NCBI GenBank assembly: GCA_023228185.1
Contig: JALOBQ010000001.1
Span: forward strand, 8,032-46,017
DNA: 37,986 nucleotides
Reading direction: 5' to 3'
Origin: Candidatus Omnitrophota bacterium
GTDB taxonomy: Bacteria; Omnitrophota; Gorgyraeia; Gygaellales; Profunditerraquicolaceae
The stretch's first letter is position 1. Each line of letters starts with the position of its first letter. The notes beneath the pieces are model-generated. The model was not told the DNA's origin. It was given only the letters and a program-made list of their open reading frames with translations, and did not search any database. The position numbers and the translations under genes were made by a program. Shown here piece after piece: positions 18,431 to 27,381 of this stretch.

Positions 18431-19078
18431 TTATTCTTTGGGGATTCGTTTGTAATCCTCCAGGAACTTACTGATTCCGATATCCGTAAGAGGATGTTTG
18501 ATTAATTGTTCAATTACCTTAAAAGGGATCGTCGCGATATCGGCACCAAGCAGCGCGGCATTAACTACGTGCATAGGATTTCTCACGCTGGCTACGATAA
18601 TCTGCGTTTTAAAATTATAATTTGAAAATATTGTTTTGATATCCCGGATTAAATCCATGCCTGTCTGGCTGATATCATCCAGCCTGCCGATAAAAGGAGA
18701 AACGTAACTGGCTCCGGCTTTAGCGGTTAGTAACGCTTGTGAGGCGGAAAAACAAAGAGTGACGTTAGTTTTAATACCTTCTTGAGACAAAATCCGCACA
18801 GCCTTAAGCCCATCCTTTGTCAAAGGTATCTTAACTACGATATTATTGGCAACCTTAACCCACTGCCTGGCTTCTTTTAGCATGCCTTCAGTATCTAAAC
18901 TGATTACTTCGGCACTTACCGGCCCCGTAACTAATGAACAAATTTCTTTTAGCAATTCTTCAGGCAAACGGCCTTCTTTAGCCACAAGGCTGGGATTAGT
19001 AGTCACACCGTCAATCAAACCCAAACTTGCGGCTTCTTTAATCTCTTTTATATTGGCTGTATCAATAAAAATTTTCAT
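18431..19078 (-). CDS. tal: Short-form transaldolase / fructose-6-phosphate aldolase family
   Basis: 215 aa. [24 protein letters not shown]; Schiff-base Lys context VVKIP. Confidence 0.88.
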   Translation of the reverse strand: MKIFIDTANIKEIKEAASLGLIDGVTTNPSLVAKEGRLPEELLKEICSLVTGPVSAEVISLDTEGMLKEARQWVKVANNIVVKIPLTKDGLKAVRILSQEGIKTNVTLCFSASQALLTAKAGASYVSPFIGRLDDISQTGMDLIRDIKTIFSNYNFKTQIIVASVRNPMHVVNAALLGADIATIPFKVIEQLIKHPLTDIGISKFLEDYKRIPKE

Positions 19079-20001
19079 ATCCCTAATCTCTCCTTGACTA
19101 AGATCCCCGCTCCGATAGCTCCTGCCCGGTTACCCAGGCCGGCTTTTAAAATTTTTACTCTTTTGCCTTGCACGAGCATAGAACGAGCGTAAACTGTTTT
19201 TTTAATCTCTTTAAACAAAACAACTCCGGCTTGCGCTACTCCCCCGCCAATTACAACACAATCTAAATTCAACAAATTGACTGCCGCGCTTAAAGCGACA
19301 CCCAGGCATTCGCCTATTTTTTCCCAAACGCTGATTGCTTTGTGATCACCTTGGCGAGCTTTTTGGCTTAATTCCTCTAAAGAAATATCGCGTTGAAAAA
19401 CTGTTTTGGCAAGAGCCAGTATTCGTTTATTGCCCACGTAAGTTTCCAGGCAAGCCTTGCTACCACAGGCGCAAATCGGCCCGGAAAGATTAATCGGTAA
19501 ATGCCCGATTTCACCGGCGGCATTGTCCTGTCCGCGGTATAACCGTCCATTTAAAATCAATCCTCCGCCAACTCCCGTGCCCAAAGTTATGCATAGAGCA
19601 TTCTTGGAAAATTTTGCACTGCCAAAATTATATTCGGCTAAAGCCATTAATTTGGCGTCATTATCTAAGAATACCGAAAGCTTAAGTTTATTTTTTAAAA
19701 TACGCGAAAGAAAAACATTTTTCCATCCGCAAATGTTGGGAAGAAAATATACTTTTCCCTTTTCGCTATCAACCGGTCCGGGCATGCCCAAACCTACTCC
19801 TAAAATATTTTTCTTACTTAAGCCGTTTTCTTCGATCAAGCCGTCTATGATATCGACAATTCCCTGGATCAGTACCCGCTTATCCTTAAATTTATTAGTA
19901 GTAAAAATCTTTTCCGCCTTACTCTGAAGGCGAAAATTAAACAAGCTTGCTTTTATCTTTGTGCCGCCAAGATCAATCGCGATGATAAATTTATTGTTCA
20001 T
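19075..20001 (-). CDS. glk: ROK-family glucokinase
   Basis: 308 aa. IDLGGTKI N-terminus, ROK zinc motif [18 protein letters not shown]. Confidence 0.8.
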   Translation of the reverse strand: MNNKFIIAIDLGGTKIKASLFNFRLQSKAEKIFTTNKFKDKRVLIQGIVDIIDGLIEENGLSKKNILGVGLGMPGPVDSEKGKVYFLPNICGWKNVFLSRILKNKLKLSVFLDNDAKLMALAEYNFGSAKFSKNALCITLGTGVGGGLILNGRLYRGQDNAAGEIGHLPINLSGPICACGSKACLETYVGNKRILALAKTVFQRDISLEELSQKARQGDHKAISVWEKIGECLGVALSAAVNLLNLDCVVIGGGVAQAGVVLFKEIKKTVYARSMLVQGKRVKILKAGLGNRAGAIGAGILVKERLGI

Positions 20002-20116
20002 TGTGAGGTATTCTATATTAAAAACCGGTATTTTACAAGAATAAATCTTAAATTTAATCGGGTATTTTTTTAAGAGATAATGGCGTGATCAGGAGTTTAA
20101 AACACTTGGCTGACAG

Positions 20117-21118
20117 TTACTTACCATCATAAAAGCAAACTTTATTTTTTCCGGATTTTTTAGCCTGATAAAGAGCAAAATCTGCCATCTCGATCAGCTG
20201 GATAACTTTAAGCGAACTCGCCTTAAAAACCGAGATTCCAATACTCACTGTCACGCTAAGATCCTCGTCATAGACCTGAAAACGCGATTCGTTAATCGCC
20301 CGGCGGATACGTTCAGCGACAAAACCCGCTTGCTGGCCGGCGGTTTCAGTTAGAACAATGGAAATTTCCTCACCACCATAACGTCCAATAAAATCAATCT
20401 GCCTGACAGTATCACGAAGGATCTTGGCTACTTGCTTTAATATCGCGTCCCCCACCAAATGCCCGTAACGGTCATTGTATTTCTTGAAATTATCCACATC
20501 AAGCATAAGAAACGCCAGGTTCAATTTATTTTTTTTGGAACGCTCAAGCTCCTCATTAAAACGCTCTAAAAAATACCTGCGATTATATACCTGGGTAAGT
20601 GAATCCGTGATTGTTAACTCTTGGACTTTTTGATATAAAAGCGCCCTGCGGATACCAACGATGAATTGTTGCGCCAGAATCGAAAATTTATCCTTATCTT
20701 CCGGGCTAATCTGCCTGGCCGCCAAATAACCGATCGGCCGGTTATGCACAGGCTCTAAAGGAATTAACGTAAAATCTTTATATTTGCCTTCATCCAGTTC
20801 ATCAGTTCTGATAAAGTGGCAGTCTTTAACCGATGTGTGATCATCCAGGCTCTCCTTGAATATTTTAAATATTTTTGTTTGATCAAGTGTTTTACAGATA
20901 TCTTTGGTTAAATCGTAAAGCGCGACAGTATCCTCAAATTTCTTCTGGTAATTAACGTTATCATCCTTAAGCGACTGGTTATTCTTAGTTAACTGCGCTT
21001 TCCTCGCCTTCAGGCTTAAAATCTCCGCTTGCCGGCGCGAAAACTTCCGCTGCAAAGTATTTTGCAAAAATGAAAAGAAAAAAATAGAAATTAAGATAAA
21101 TAAAATTAAATAGAGCAT
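20117..21118 (-). CDS. Membrane-anchored diguanylate cyclase (GGDEF domain with GGEEI signature and RQID I-site)
   Basis: 333 aa. One N-terminal TM helix, a coiled coil and a GAF-like spacer. GGDEF domain: DSLTQVYNRRYF, LDVDNFKKYNDRYGH, RYGGEEISIVL. Confidence 0.8.
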   Translation of the reverse strand: MLYLILFILISIFFFSFLQNTLQRKFSRRQAEILSLKARKAQLTKNNQSLKDDNVNYQKKFEDTVALYDLTKDICKTLDQTKIFKIFKESLDDHTSVKDCHFIRTDELDEGKYKDFTLIPLEPVHNRPIGYLAARQISPEDKDKFSILAQQFIVGIRRALLYQKVQELTITDSLTQVYNRRYFLERFNEELERSKKNKLNLAFLMLDVDNFKKYNDRYGHLVGDAILKQVAKILRDTVRQIDFIGRYGGEEISIVLTETAGQQAGFVAERIRRAINESRFQVYDEDLSVTVSIGISVFKASSLKVIQLIEMADFALYQAKKSGKNKVCFYDGK

Positions 21119-22386
21119 ACCTGGTTACGTCCTTTTTGTTTAGCCATATACATCGCTTTATCGGCCAGCTGGATAAGCCCATCATCGTCTATCGTGTCCT
21201 GCGGCGCGCTTGCTAAGCCGACAGAAACGGTGACAAAAGTATCCTGCCGGCGTAAAATTATCTTCTCCTGGCCTATCCTTTGGCGCAGGCGCTGGGCCAA
21301 AGAAAAAGCTTCTGCTTTATCCATCTCCGGCAAAAGCACCAAAAACTCCTCACCGCCAAAACGGCTTAATAAAGGTTTGTATGCGTGTAGAAATTCACTC
21401 ATCAGGCTGCTGATTTTCTTAAGCACGATATCTCCGGCAGTATGGCCGAATTTATCGTTATATTGTTTAAAAAAATCGATATCGATCATTAAAATGGACA
21501 GGTAGGAATTCATGCGCAGCCGGCGTTTACTTTCTTCTTTCAAGCGTTCAGCAAAATAACTTTTAGTAAAAAGCCCTGTCAAATCGTCATGAATAGCTAA
21601 ATCCTGCGTGCGTCCGAAGAACTGGCTATTTTCTATGGCCACCGCTCCTAAATCGGCCAAAAGAGAAAGAAAGCGCAAATCATCTTGAGAGAAATAACCC
21701 GCTTTCTGATAATCCAAACGCAGTAATCCGATCACGGAATTGTTAGTGATCAACGGCACGCTGACTAAAGAAGAAAACATACGCACATCCTGGGATTTAA
21801 TTTTATCCAGGTCAAAACGGAAGTCTTTTCGGATATCCTCGATAATCAACGGATTCGAATGGCGCATCACCCAATTATCAAAAACATCGCCCTCTTTAGT
21901 CTTGATTACCAATTCTTTATTTTCCTTACGCGATTTAACTAAGCTCAGTTTCTGGTTATCTTCATCAACTAAGAATACTTGGCAAGTGCCATGATTATTG
22001 GCAATTAAAGAAAAGGCGGTATCCGCCAAGCAATCGGTTACCGCCTCAAGTTTAAGGTCGTGATTTAGTTTTTCGATAATTAATTTTAAACTGTTATAAC
22101 GCGAGGTTTTCGCCAGGATTGCGGAATTTGTCCTTTGTTCTCCGCTATTCTCGGAATTCAGGATATTCAGCTGTTCTTTTAACTCTTCAATCTTAAAATC
22201 CTGATAATAACCTTTTTCAGAATTTGTGTGCATAAAAATAGAAAGCACGAAAAAATCAAGGATAATCAGGATTGCCGTAAAGATAATATATTGGGGATAT
22301 TCGCCAAAAACGCGGCCTACAGTATAAAGCATGCCGCAGGAAAGCGCGATAAAAACGAATAAGGTTTTTGTCAGAAATCGACGCAT
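21106..22386 (-). CDS. Membrane-anchored GAF-GGDEF diguanylate cyclase (canonical GGEEF)
   Basis: 426 aa. Two N-terminal TM helices, a GAF-like domain, DDLTGLFTKSYF, IDIDFFKQYNDKFGH, RFGGEEFLVLLP. No RxxD is found five residues upstream of GGEEF. Confidence 0.85.
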   Translation of the reverse strand: MRRFLTKTLFVFIALSCGMLYTVGRVFGEYPQYIIFTAILIILDFFVLSIFMHTNSEKGYYQDFKIEELKEQLNILNSENSGEQRTNSAILAKTSRYNSLKLIIEKLNHDLKLEAVTDCLADTAFSLIANNHGTCQVFLVDEDNQKLSLVKSRKENKELVIKTKEGDVFDNWVMRHSNPLIIEDIRKDFRFDLDKIKSQDVRMFSSLVSVPLITNNSVIGLLRLDYQKAGYFSQDDLRFLSLLADLGAVAIENSQFFGRTQDLAIHDDLTGLFTKSYFAERLKEESKRRLRMNSYLSILMIDIDFFKQYNDKFGHTAGDIVLKKISSLMSEFLHAYKPLLSRFGGEEFLVLLPEMDKAEAFSLAQRLRQRIGQEKIILRRQDTFVTVSVGLASAPQDTIDDDGLIQLADKAMYMAKQKGRNQVCSI

Positions 22387-22424
22387 ATTATCTCCAGCCG
22401 AAAACTACGCCGAAAGTTAAAAGC

Positions 22425-23528
22425 TTAAAGAATGGTATCTTCTGTTTGCGTATCGAAGAAATGGGCTTTGCTCATATCAAAAACAACATCCATATCCTGA
22501 TTAATCTTTGGGCGGTCATGAGCTCCCACGCGGGCGATAAAAGTATGCCTGCCCGTATTCAAATAAAGGTAAACTTCCGAACCCATCGGCTCTACGACTT
22601 CACAGTTTACGCGGATAATATTCTCCGGAGGGACTTCCGATACGAATAATTTATCATAGATATCCTCGCTACGGATACCAAAAAATACCTCTTTGCCCAA
22701 ATAAGCGGCCATTTTTTTATACATCTCTTCAACCAATTTAACCGCAATTTTACCTTCCTCAAAATAAAGCCGGCCTTCTTTTTTAACGATGCGGCCGAGC
22801 ATAAAGTTCATCGGAGGCGAACCAATGAAACCGGCGACAAATTTATTTTTCGGATGGTCATAAACATCGATTGGGTCGGCTAATTGCTGTAAAATGCCGT
22901 CTTTCATTACGGCGATCCGGTCGCCCATGGTCATCGCTTCCACCTGGTCATGGGTAACGTAAATAATCGTTGTCTGAAGGCGGATGTGCAATTTATGGAT
23001 TTCCGTGCGCATTTGCACGCGCATTTTGGCATCAAGATTGCTTAAGGGCTCGTCAAATAAAAAAACCATCGGCTTGCGCACAATTGCCCGGCCAACGGCT
23101 ACACGCTGCCTTTCACCTCCGGAAAGTTCGCCCGGTTTACGGTTAAAAAGCCTCTTAATACCAAGAATATCAGCGGCTTCGCCAACGCGTTGAATAATTT
23201 CATTTTTAGGAATATGCCTTAACTTTAAACCGAAAGACATATTTTCAAAAACGGTCATATGCGGATAAAGAGCGTAATTCTGGAAAACCATGGCGATATC
23301 GCGGTCTTTAGCCGGGACATTATTTACCAGTTTATCTCCGATATAGATCTGGCCGCTGCTGATTTCTTCTAGGCCGGCAATCATCCTTAAGGTTGTGGAT
23401 TTTCCGCAACCGGACGGCCCAACCAACACCATAAACTCTTTATTCTCAATACCAAAATTTATGTTATCCACGGCTTTAAGATTACCGGGAAAAACTTTAC
23501 AAACATTTCTTAAACTCACCTGCGCCAT
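22425..23528 (-). CDS. Sugar-type ABC transporter ATP-binding protein (MalK/UgpC/MsmX family)
   Basis: 367 aa. Walker [10 protein letters not shown], signature LSGGERQRV, Walker [10 protein letters not shown], and a C-terminal MalK-like regulatory domain. Confidence 0.9.
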   Translation of the reverse strand: MAQVSLRNVCKVFPGNLKAVDNINFGIENKEFMVLVGPSGCGKSTTLRMIAGLEEISSGQIYIGDKLVNNVPAKDRDIAMVFQNYALYPHMTVFENMSFGLKLRHIPKNEIIQRVGEAADILGIKRLFNRKPGELSGGERQRVAVGRAIVRKPMVFLFDEPLSNLDAKMRVQMRTEIHKLHIRLQTTIIYVTHDQVEAMTMGDRIAVMKDGILQQLADPIDVYDHPKNKFVAGFIGSPPMNFMLGRIVKKEGRLYFEEGKIAVKLVEEMYKKMAAYLGKEVFFGIRSEDIYDKLFVSEVPPENIIRVNCEVVEPMGSEVYLYLNTGRHTFIARVGAHDRPKINQDMDVVFDMSKAHFFDTQTEDTIL

Positions 23529-23582
23529 TAACCTTACTCCTCTATAATTATCTCCGCAGAAACCTTAATATGATATACAAAA

Positions 23583-24422
23583 TCAAGATAGATAATCGAT
23601 TAACTGCCTTAAAACAGCTTTCATATTTTTACGGTGCACGATCATATCGATCAAACCGTGCTCGATCAAAAATTCCGAACGTTGGAATCCCGCGGGCAAT
23701 TTTTGCCGGATCGTCTGCTCTATAACCCTGGGGCCGGTAAAACCGATTAAAGCTTTCGGCTCGGCAATCGTAATATCGCCCACGCCGGCGAAAGAAGCCA
23801 TTACCCCGGCCATCGTAGGATTGGTCAAAACAGAAATATATGCAAGCTTCGCTTTGCGGTGGTAAGCAAGAGCCGCGCAGGTTTTAGTCATTTGCATCAG
23901 GCTGTACATCCCTTCGTACATCCTCGCTCCGCCGCCGGAACCGGAAACAATGATCATCGGTAATTTGCTTTTGGTCGCGCTTTCAATGGCGCGGGTGATC
24001 TTTTCACCGACCACAGAACCCATTGAGCCCATAATAAACCTTGAATCCGTAACCGCGATTACCGCGTCTTTACCTTCAATCTTACAAAAACCTGAAAGCA
24101 CGGCATCTTTCAAGCCAGTAGCTTCCTGGTCTTGTAGAAGTTTTTGCTTATAAGTTTTTGGGCCCTTAAAATCCAACGGATCAACGGATATCATATCCTT
24201 ATCCATCTCCTGAAAAGTATCTTTATCCAGCAAAACATTCAGGCGCTCCCAGGCGGTAAGGATAAAATGATAATTGCATTTAGGGCAAACCTTGGCATTC
24301 TCCTCTAAAGTCTTATTATATAGAGTCTCAGAACAGCTCTCGCATTTTGTCCAAAGGCCGTTAGGAATTTCTTTTTTCTTTAATCTTACGGTTGTGTATT
24401 TAGGCTTGCCGAATAAAGACAT
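23583..24422 (-). CDS. accD: Acetyl-CoA carboxylase carboxyltransferase beta subunit
   Basis: 279 aa. N-terminal C4 zinc ribbon CESC...CPKCNYH; carboxyltransferase core GSMGSVVGEK, SGGARM. Confidence 0.9.
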   Translation of the reverse strand: MSLFGKPKYTTVRLKKKEIPNGLWTKCESCSETLYNKTLEENAKVCPKCNYHFILTAWERLNVLLDKDTFQEMDKDMISVDPLDFKGPKTYKQKLLQDQEATGLKDAVLSGFCKIEGKDAVIAVTDSRFIMGSMGSVVGEKITRAIESATKSKLPMIIVSGSGGGARMYEGMYSLMQMTKTCAALAYHRKAKLAYISVLTNPTMAGVMASFAGVGDITIAEPKALIGFTGPRVIEQTIRQKLPAGFQRSEFLIEHGLIDMIVHRKNMKAVLRQLIDYLS

Positions 24423-24430
24423 TTTTACCT

Positions 24431-25717
24431 TTAAGTTGAAAGTTTATTGATCACCAAACCGGAGAGCACTTTCGGATAAAAATAAGTGGATTTTGGCGGC
24501 ATCTTATTGCCGTTTAAAGCGACAACGATAATTTGTTCCATTTTCACAGGATTAAGAAAAAAAGCGATTTTCTTGCTGTCCTCATCCACAGCGTTAATCA
24601 ATTCATTGGCCTCGGGGCTATATTTGATATCCGGCAGATGATCAAGATCAAGGCCCAGAGCTTTCTTAAAAACAAGATAATTCAGGATAGAAACATCAAG
24701 CGCGCGGTATTCTTTCGGCTTATCGGAAATTAACTGATCCAATATCTGCACATTTTTAAGCCGCAGGAGCCAAAAACGCTTATCTTTATACATCCCGATA
24801 AGATGTTCATTAAAACCGGCTTTCTCCATCAAGAAAAAGAAACGTTTATTTTCTTTTACTTCCAGAATATCGAAATGCTCTTTAAGCTTAAGCCGGAATT
24901 CGTTTAGATCAAGTTGATTGGTTAATTTAAGCAAACGATGAATAGGTAAAATGCTTAATCCCCGCGGATCAGTATTAGTAAAATAGGAGAGGCAATAATT
25001 AAAATCTTCTTTACCGGTAAATTTATCCCCTAATTTTTCGCGCATCAGGTCACGGTAAGCGCAGGCTACTTCATAACGATGATGGCCGTCAGCGATAAAC
25101 ATGTTTTCACTATCCATGCTGGAAACCACGCTTTCAATAATTTCCGGTTGGTCCAGGCGCCATAATTTATGCACGGTTTTTTCATCATCGGTAACTTGAA
25201 TGAAAGGGGCATCTTGAGAAATGTTTTTCTGAAAAATCCGCTGAATAATGCGTTTTTTATCCAGAAAGATAACAAATATCGGGCTAAGGTTAGCTTTAAC
25301 CTGTTTGATCAGCTTTAACCTATCCTCTTTTGCTTCCGTGTGCGTGTGCTCATGGCCGAAGACTACCGATTCTTTCTTATCACCAAGCTTAAGCAAAGAA
25401 ATAAAACCCAGCCGCGTCCTTTTTTCTCCGCGAATAATATACTGCTGGCTGTAAAAATATAGCGCCGGGTTATTTTCCTGAACTAAAATATCTGCTTTCA
25501 GCCAACCACGAAAAGTCTCACCAGCTTTAGAGTATTTATCTTCACCGGCAATGTCTTTAGCTAAAAGAATATGTAAAAAATTATAAATTGAACGCTGATG
25601 GTAAGCTTGCTGGCCAGCAGGCGAGATCACGTCATAAGGCGGGCAGACTACTAGAGAATAATCCTTAACCTTATTCTGATTAAAAATAACTGCTTTAAAC
25701 GGACGAATTTTTGTCAT
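24431..25717 (-). CDS. DUF1015 family protein (conserved, function unknown)
   Basis: 428 aa. RPFKAV...VVCPPYDVIS N-terminus, HEHTH..KEDRLKL, IADGHHRYE. These are hallmark DUF1015 motifs. Confidence 0.8.
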   Translation of the reverse strand: MTKIRPFKAVIFNQNKVKDYSLVVCPPYDVISPAGQQAYHQRSIYNFLHILLAKDIAGEDKYSKAGETFRGWLKADILVQENNPALYFYSQQYIIRGEKRTRLGFISLLKLGDKKESVVFGHEHTHTEAKEDRLKLIKQVKANLSPIFVIFLDKKRIIQRIFQKNISQDAPFIQVTDDEKTVHKLWRLDQPEIIESVVSSMDSENMFIADGHHRYEVACAYRDLMREKLGDKFTGKEDFNYCLSYFTNTDPRGLSILPIHRLLKLTNQLDLNEFRLKLKEHFDILEVKENKRFFFLMEKAGFNEHLIGMYKDKRFWLLRLKNVQILDQLISDKPKEYRALDVSILNYLVFKKALGLDLDHLPDIKYSPEANELINAVDEDSKKIAFFLNPVKMEQIIVVALNGNKMPPKSTYFYPKVLSGLVINKLST

Positions 25718-25837
25718 ATCTAATTTAATTAGCTGATCCGCATATTAATTTCAGGCATACAATTTACCAAGCGTAGAATAAATATAATACCACAAATACC
25801 ACAGGAATCCAATATCTTATCAACGATTATTTTCCGT

Positions 25838-26101
25838 TTAGCTGTGGTGCGGGCAATTATGGCAGCCTGCTTTTGATTTTGAACAACCACTTTGCTCTGA
25901 ATGATGGGAAGATTTGCTGGATTTTTTGTAATCTGTGGCGTAAAAACCAGAACCCTTAAAAATAAAACCGCCTGTGCTGCTGATCAGTTTCTTTACTTTT
26001 TTGCCGCAGCGTGGGCATTTGGTAATCGGTTTTGCTGTTATTGATTGCAAGATATCAAATTTATGTTTACAACTTAAACACTCATATTCATATGTTGGCA
26101 T
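25838..26101 (-). CDS. FmdB/CxxC_CxxC_SSSS family zinc-ribbon protein
   Basis: 87 aa. MPTYEYECLSCKHKFD....CPRCGKKVKKLIS, followed by a Ser/His/Cys-rich tail. Confidence 0.8.
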   Translation of the reverse strand: MPTYEYECLSCKHKFDILQSITAKPITKCPRCGKKVKKLISSTGGFIFKGSGFYATDYKKSSKSSHHSEQSGCSKSKAGCHNCPHHS

Positions 26102-26156
26102 TTTGTCCTCTTCTCAGCTGTCAGCCATCAGCAACCAGCTTTTCTTTACCTTTACC

Positions 26157-27287
26157 TTACCTAGATATTTTAGAACCAATAACCTCGCCGCTGGCGCGGG
26201 CAAACTCTTCCATTAATTGCCTTTGTTGAGCTGAAAGTTTTGCCGGAATCTCTATATTAACCCTGACTAATTCATCTCCAAAATCCCGGGAATGCAAATC
26301 AGGTATCCCCTTGCCTTTTAAACGGAAAATTTTATCCGCTTGCGTACCCGGAGGGATTTTCATAGTTATTCGGCCTTCTAAAGAAGGAACTTCAACCTCG
26401 CCGCCTAAAACAGCTTTGGTTAAACTAATATTTATGGATGTAATAATATCGTTATGGTGGCGTTCAAAAATATCATGCGGTTTTACCTCAATAATCACAT
26501 AAAGATCTCCGCGGCTACTTGTTCCTGCTTCGCCTTCCTGACGAACGCGCAGTTGCGATGAATTATCCACGCCGGGAGGAATTTTAACCTTAATTTTTTT
26601 AGTTTCTTTTACCCTGCCTTCACCGCGGCATTGCGGGCAGGCAGAAGCGATAATTGAACCTTCACCGGCGCAACGCGGGCAAGTTTGGGCAAGTTGAAAA
26701 AAACCATTAGAAACTACTGTCCTGCCCGAACCCCTGCATTGAGGACACGTGCTTTTTTTGGTCCCGGGTTTAGCGCCACTACCGGAACAAACCGGACAGG
26801 TTTCATAACGCGGCACGCTGATAATCTTTTCCACGCCTTCTGCGGCTTCTTCTAAAGTTATGCTTATGGCAATCTGTAAATCCCTGCCGCGGCGCCTTGC
26901 CGATGGGCCCCTTGATTGATGAGAACCAAAAACATCAAACCCCAGGTCACCGAATATTTCTTCGAATATCCCCCCATTTCCACCGCCGCTCATATTGCTA
27001 AAGATACTGCTGAAATCAGCGTCCTTAAAGATATCTTCCTGAGCGTATTTTTGATCTATCCCGGAATGGCCGTATTTATCATAAAGATCGCGTTTTTGCG
27101 AATCAGAAAGCACAGCGTAAGATTCAGAAATTTCTTTAAACCTTTCTTCAGCGTCTTTTTTTTGTTCCGCAGGCACGCGGTCAGGATGGAACTTAAGCGC
27201 CATTTCCCGATAAGCTTTTTTAATTTCTTCGGCGGAAGCTGCTTTTGTAACCCCCAGCATTTCATAATAATCGCGTTTACTTGTCAT
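26157..27287 (-). CDS. dnaJ: Chaperone DnaJ (type I Hsp40)
   Basis: 376 aa. J domain with HPD, a G/F region, and four CxxCxGxG repeats ([32 protein letters not shown]). Confidence 0.93.
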   Translation of the reverse strand: MTSKRDYYEMLGVTKAASAEEIKKAYREMALKFHPDRVPAEQKKDAEERFKEISESYAVLSDSQKRDLYDKYGHSGIDQKYAQEDIFKDADFSSIFSNMSGGGNGGIFEEIFGDLGFDVFGSHQSRGPSARRRGRDLQIAISITLEEAAEGVEKIISVPRYETCPVCSGSGAKPGTKKSTCPQCRGSGRTVVSNGFFQLAQTCPRCAGEGSIIASACPQCRGEGRVKETKKIKVKIPPGVDNSSQLRVRQEGEAGTSSRGDLYVIIEVKPHDIFERHHNDIITSINISLTKAVLGGEVEVPSLEGRITMKIPPGTQADKIFRLKGKGIPDLHSRDFGDELVRVNIEIPAKLSAQQRQLMEEFARASGEVIGSKISR

Positions 27288-27311
27288 TATTTTGCTAAAA
27301 ATAATAATAAA

Positions 27312-27372
27312 ATAGGTAGAGGTGAAGGTAAAGAAAACCTGTTATTTTTCTTTTATCTCTACCTCTACCTAT
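27312..27372 (-). terminator. Long imperfect hairpin plus U-rich tract between dnaK and dnaJ (candidate partial terminator or processing site)
   Basis: ATAGGTAGAGGT (27312-27323) is perfectly complementary to ACCTCTACCTAT (27361-27372). The stem extends imperfectly to an 8-nt loop (27338-27345). On the mRNA strand it is followed by TTTTATTATTATTTTT. Confidence 0.45.
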
Positions 27373-27381
27373 AGCTATATT

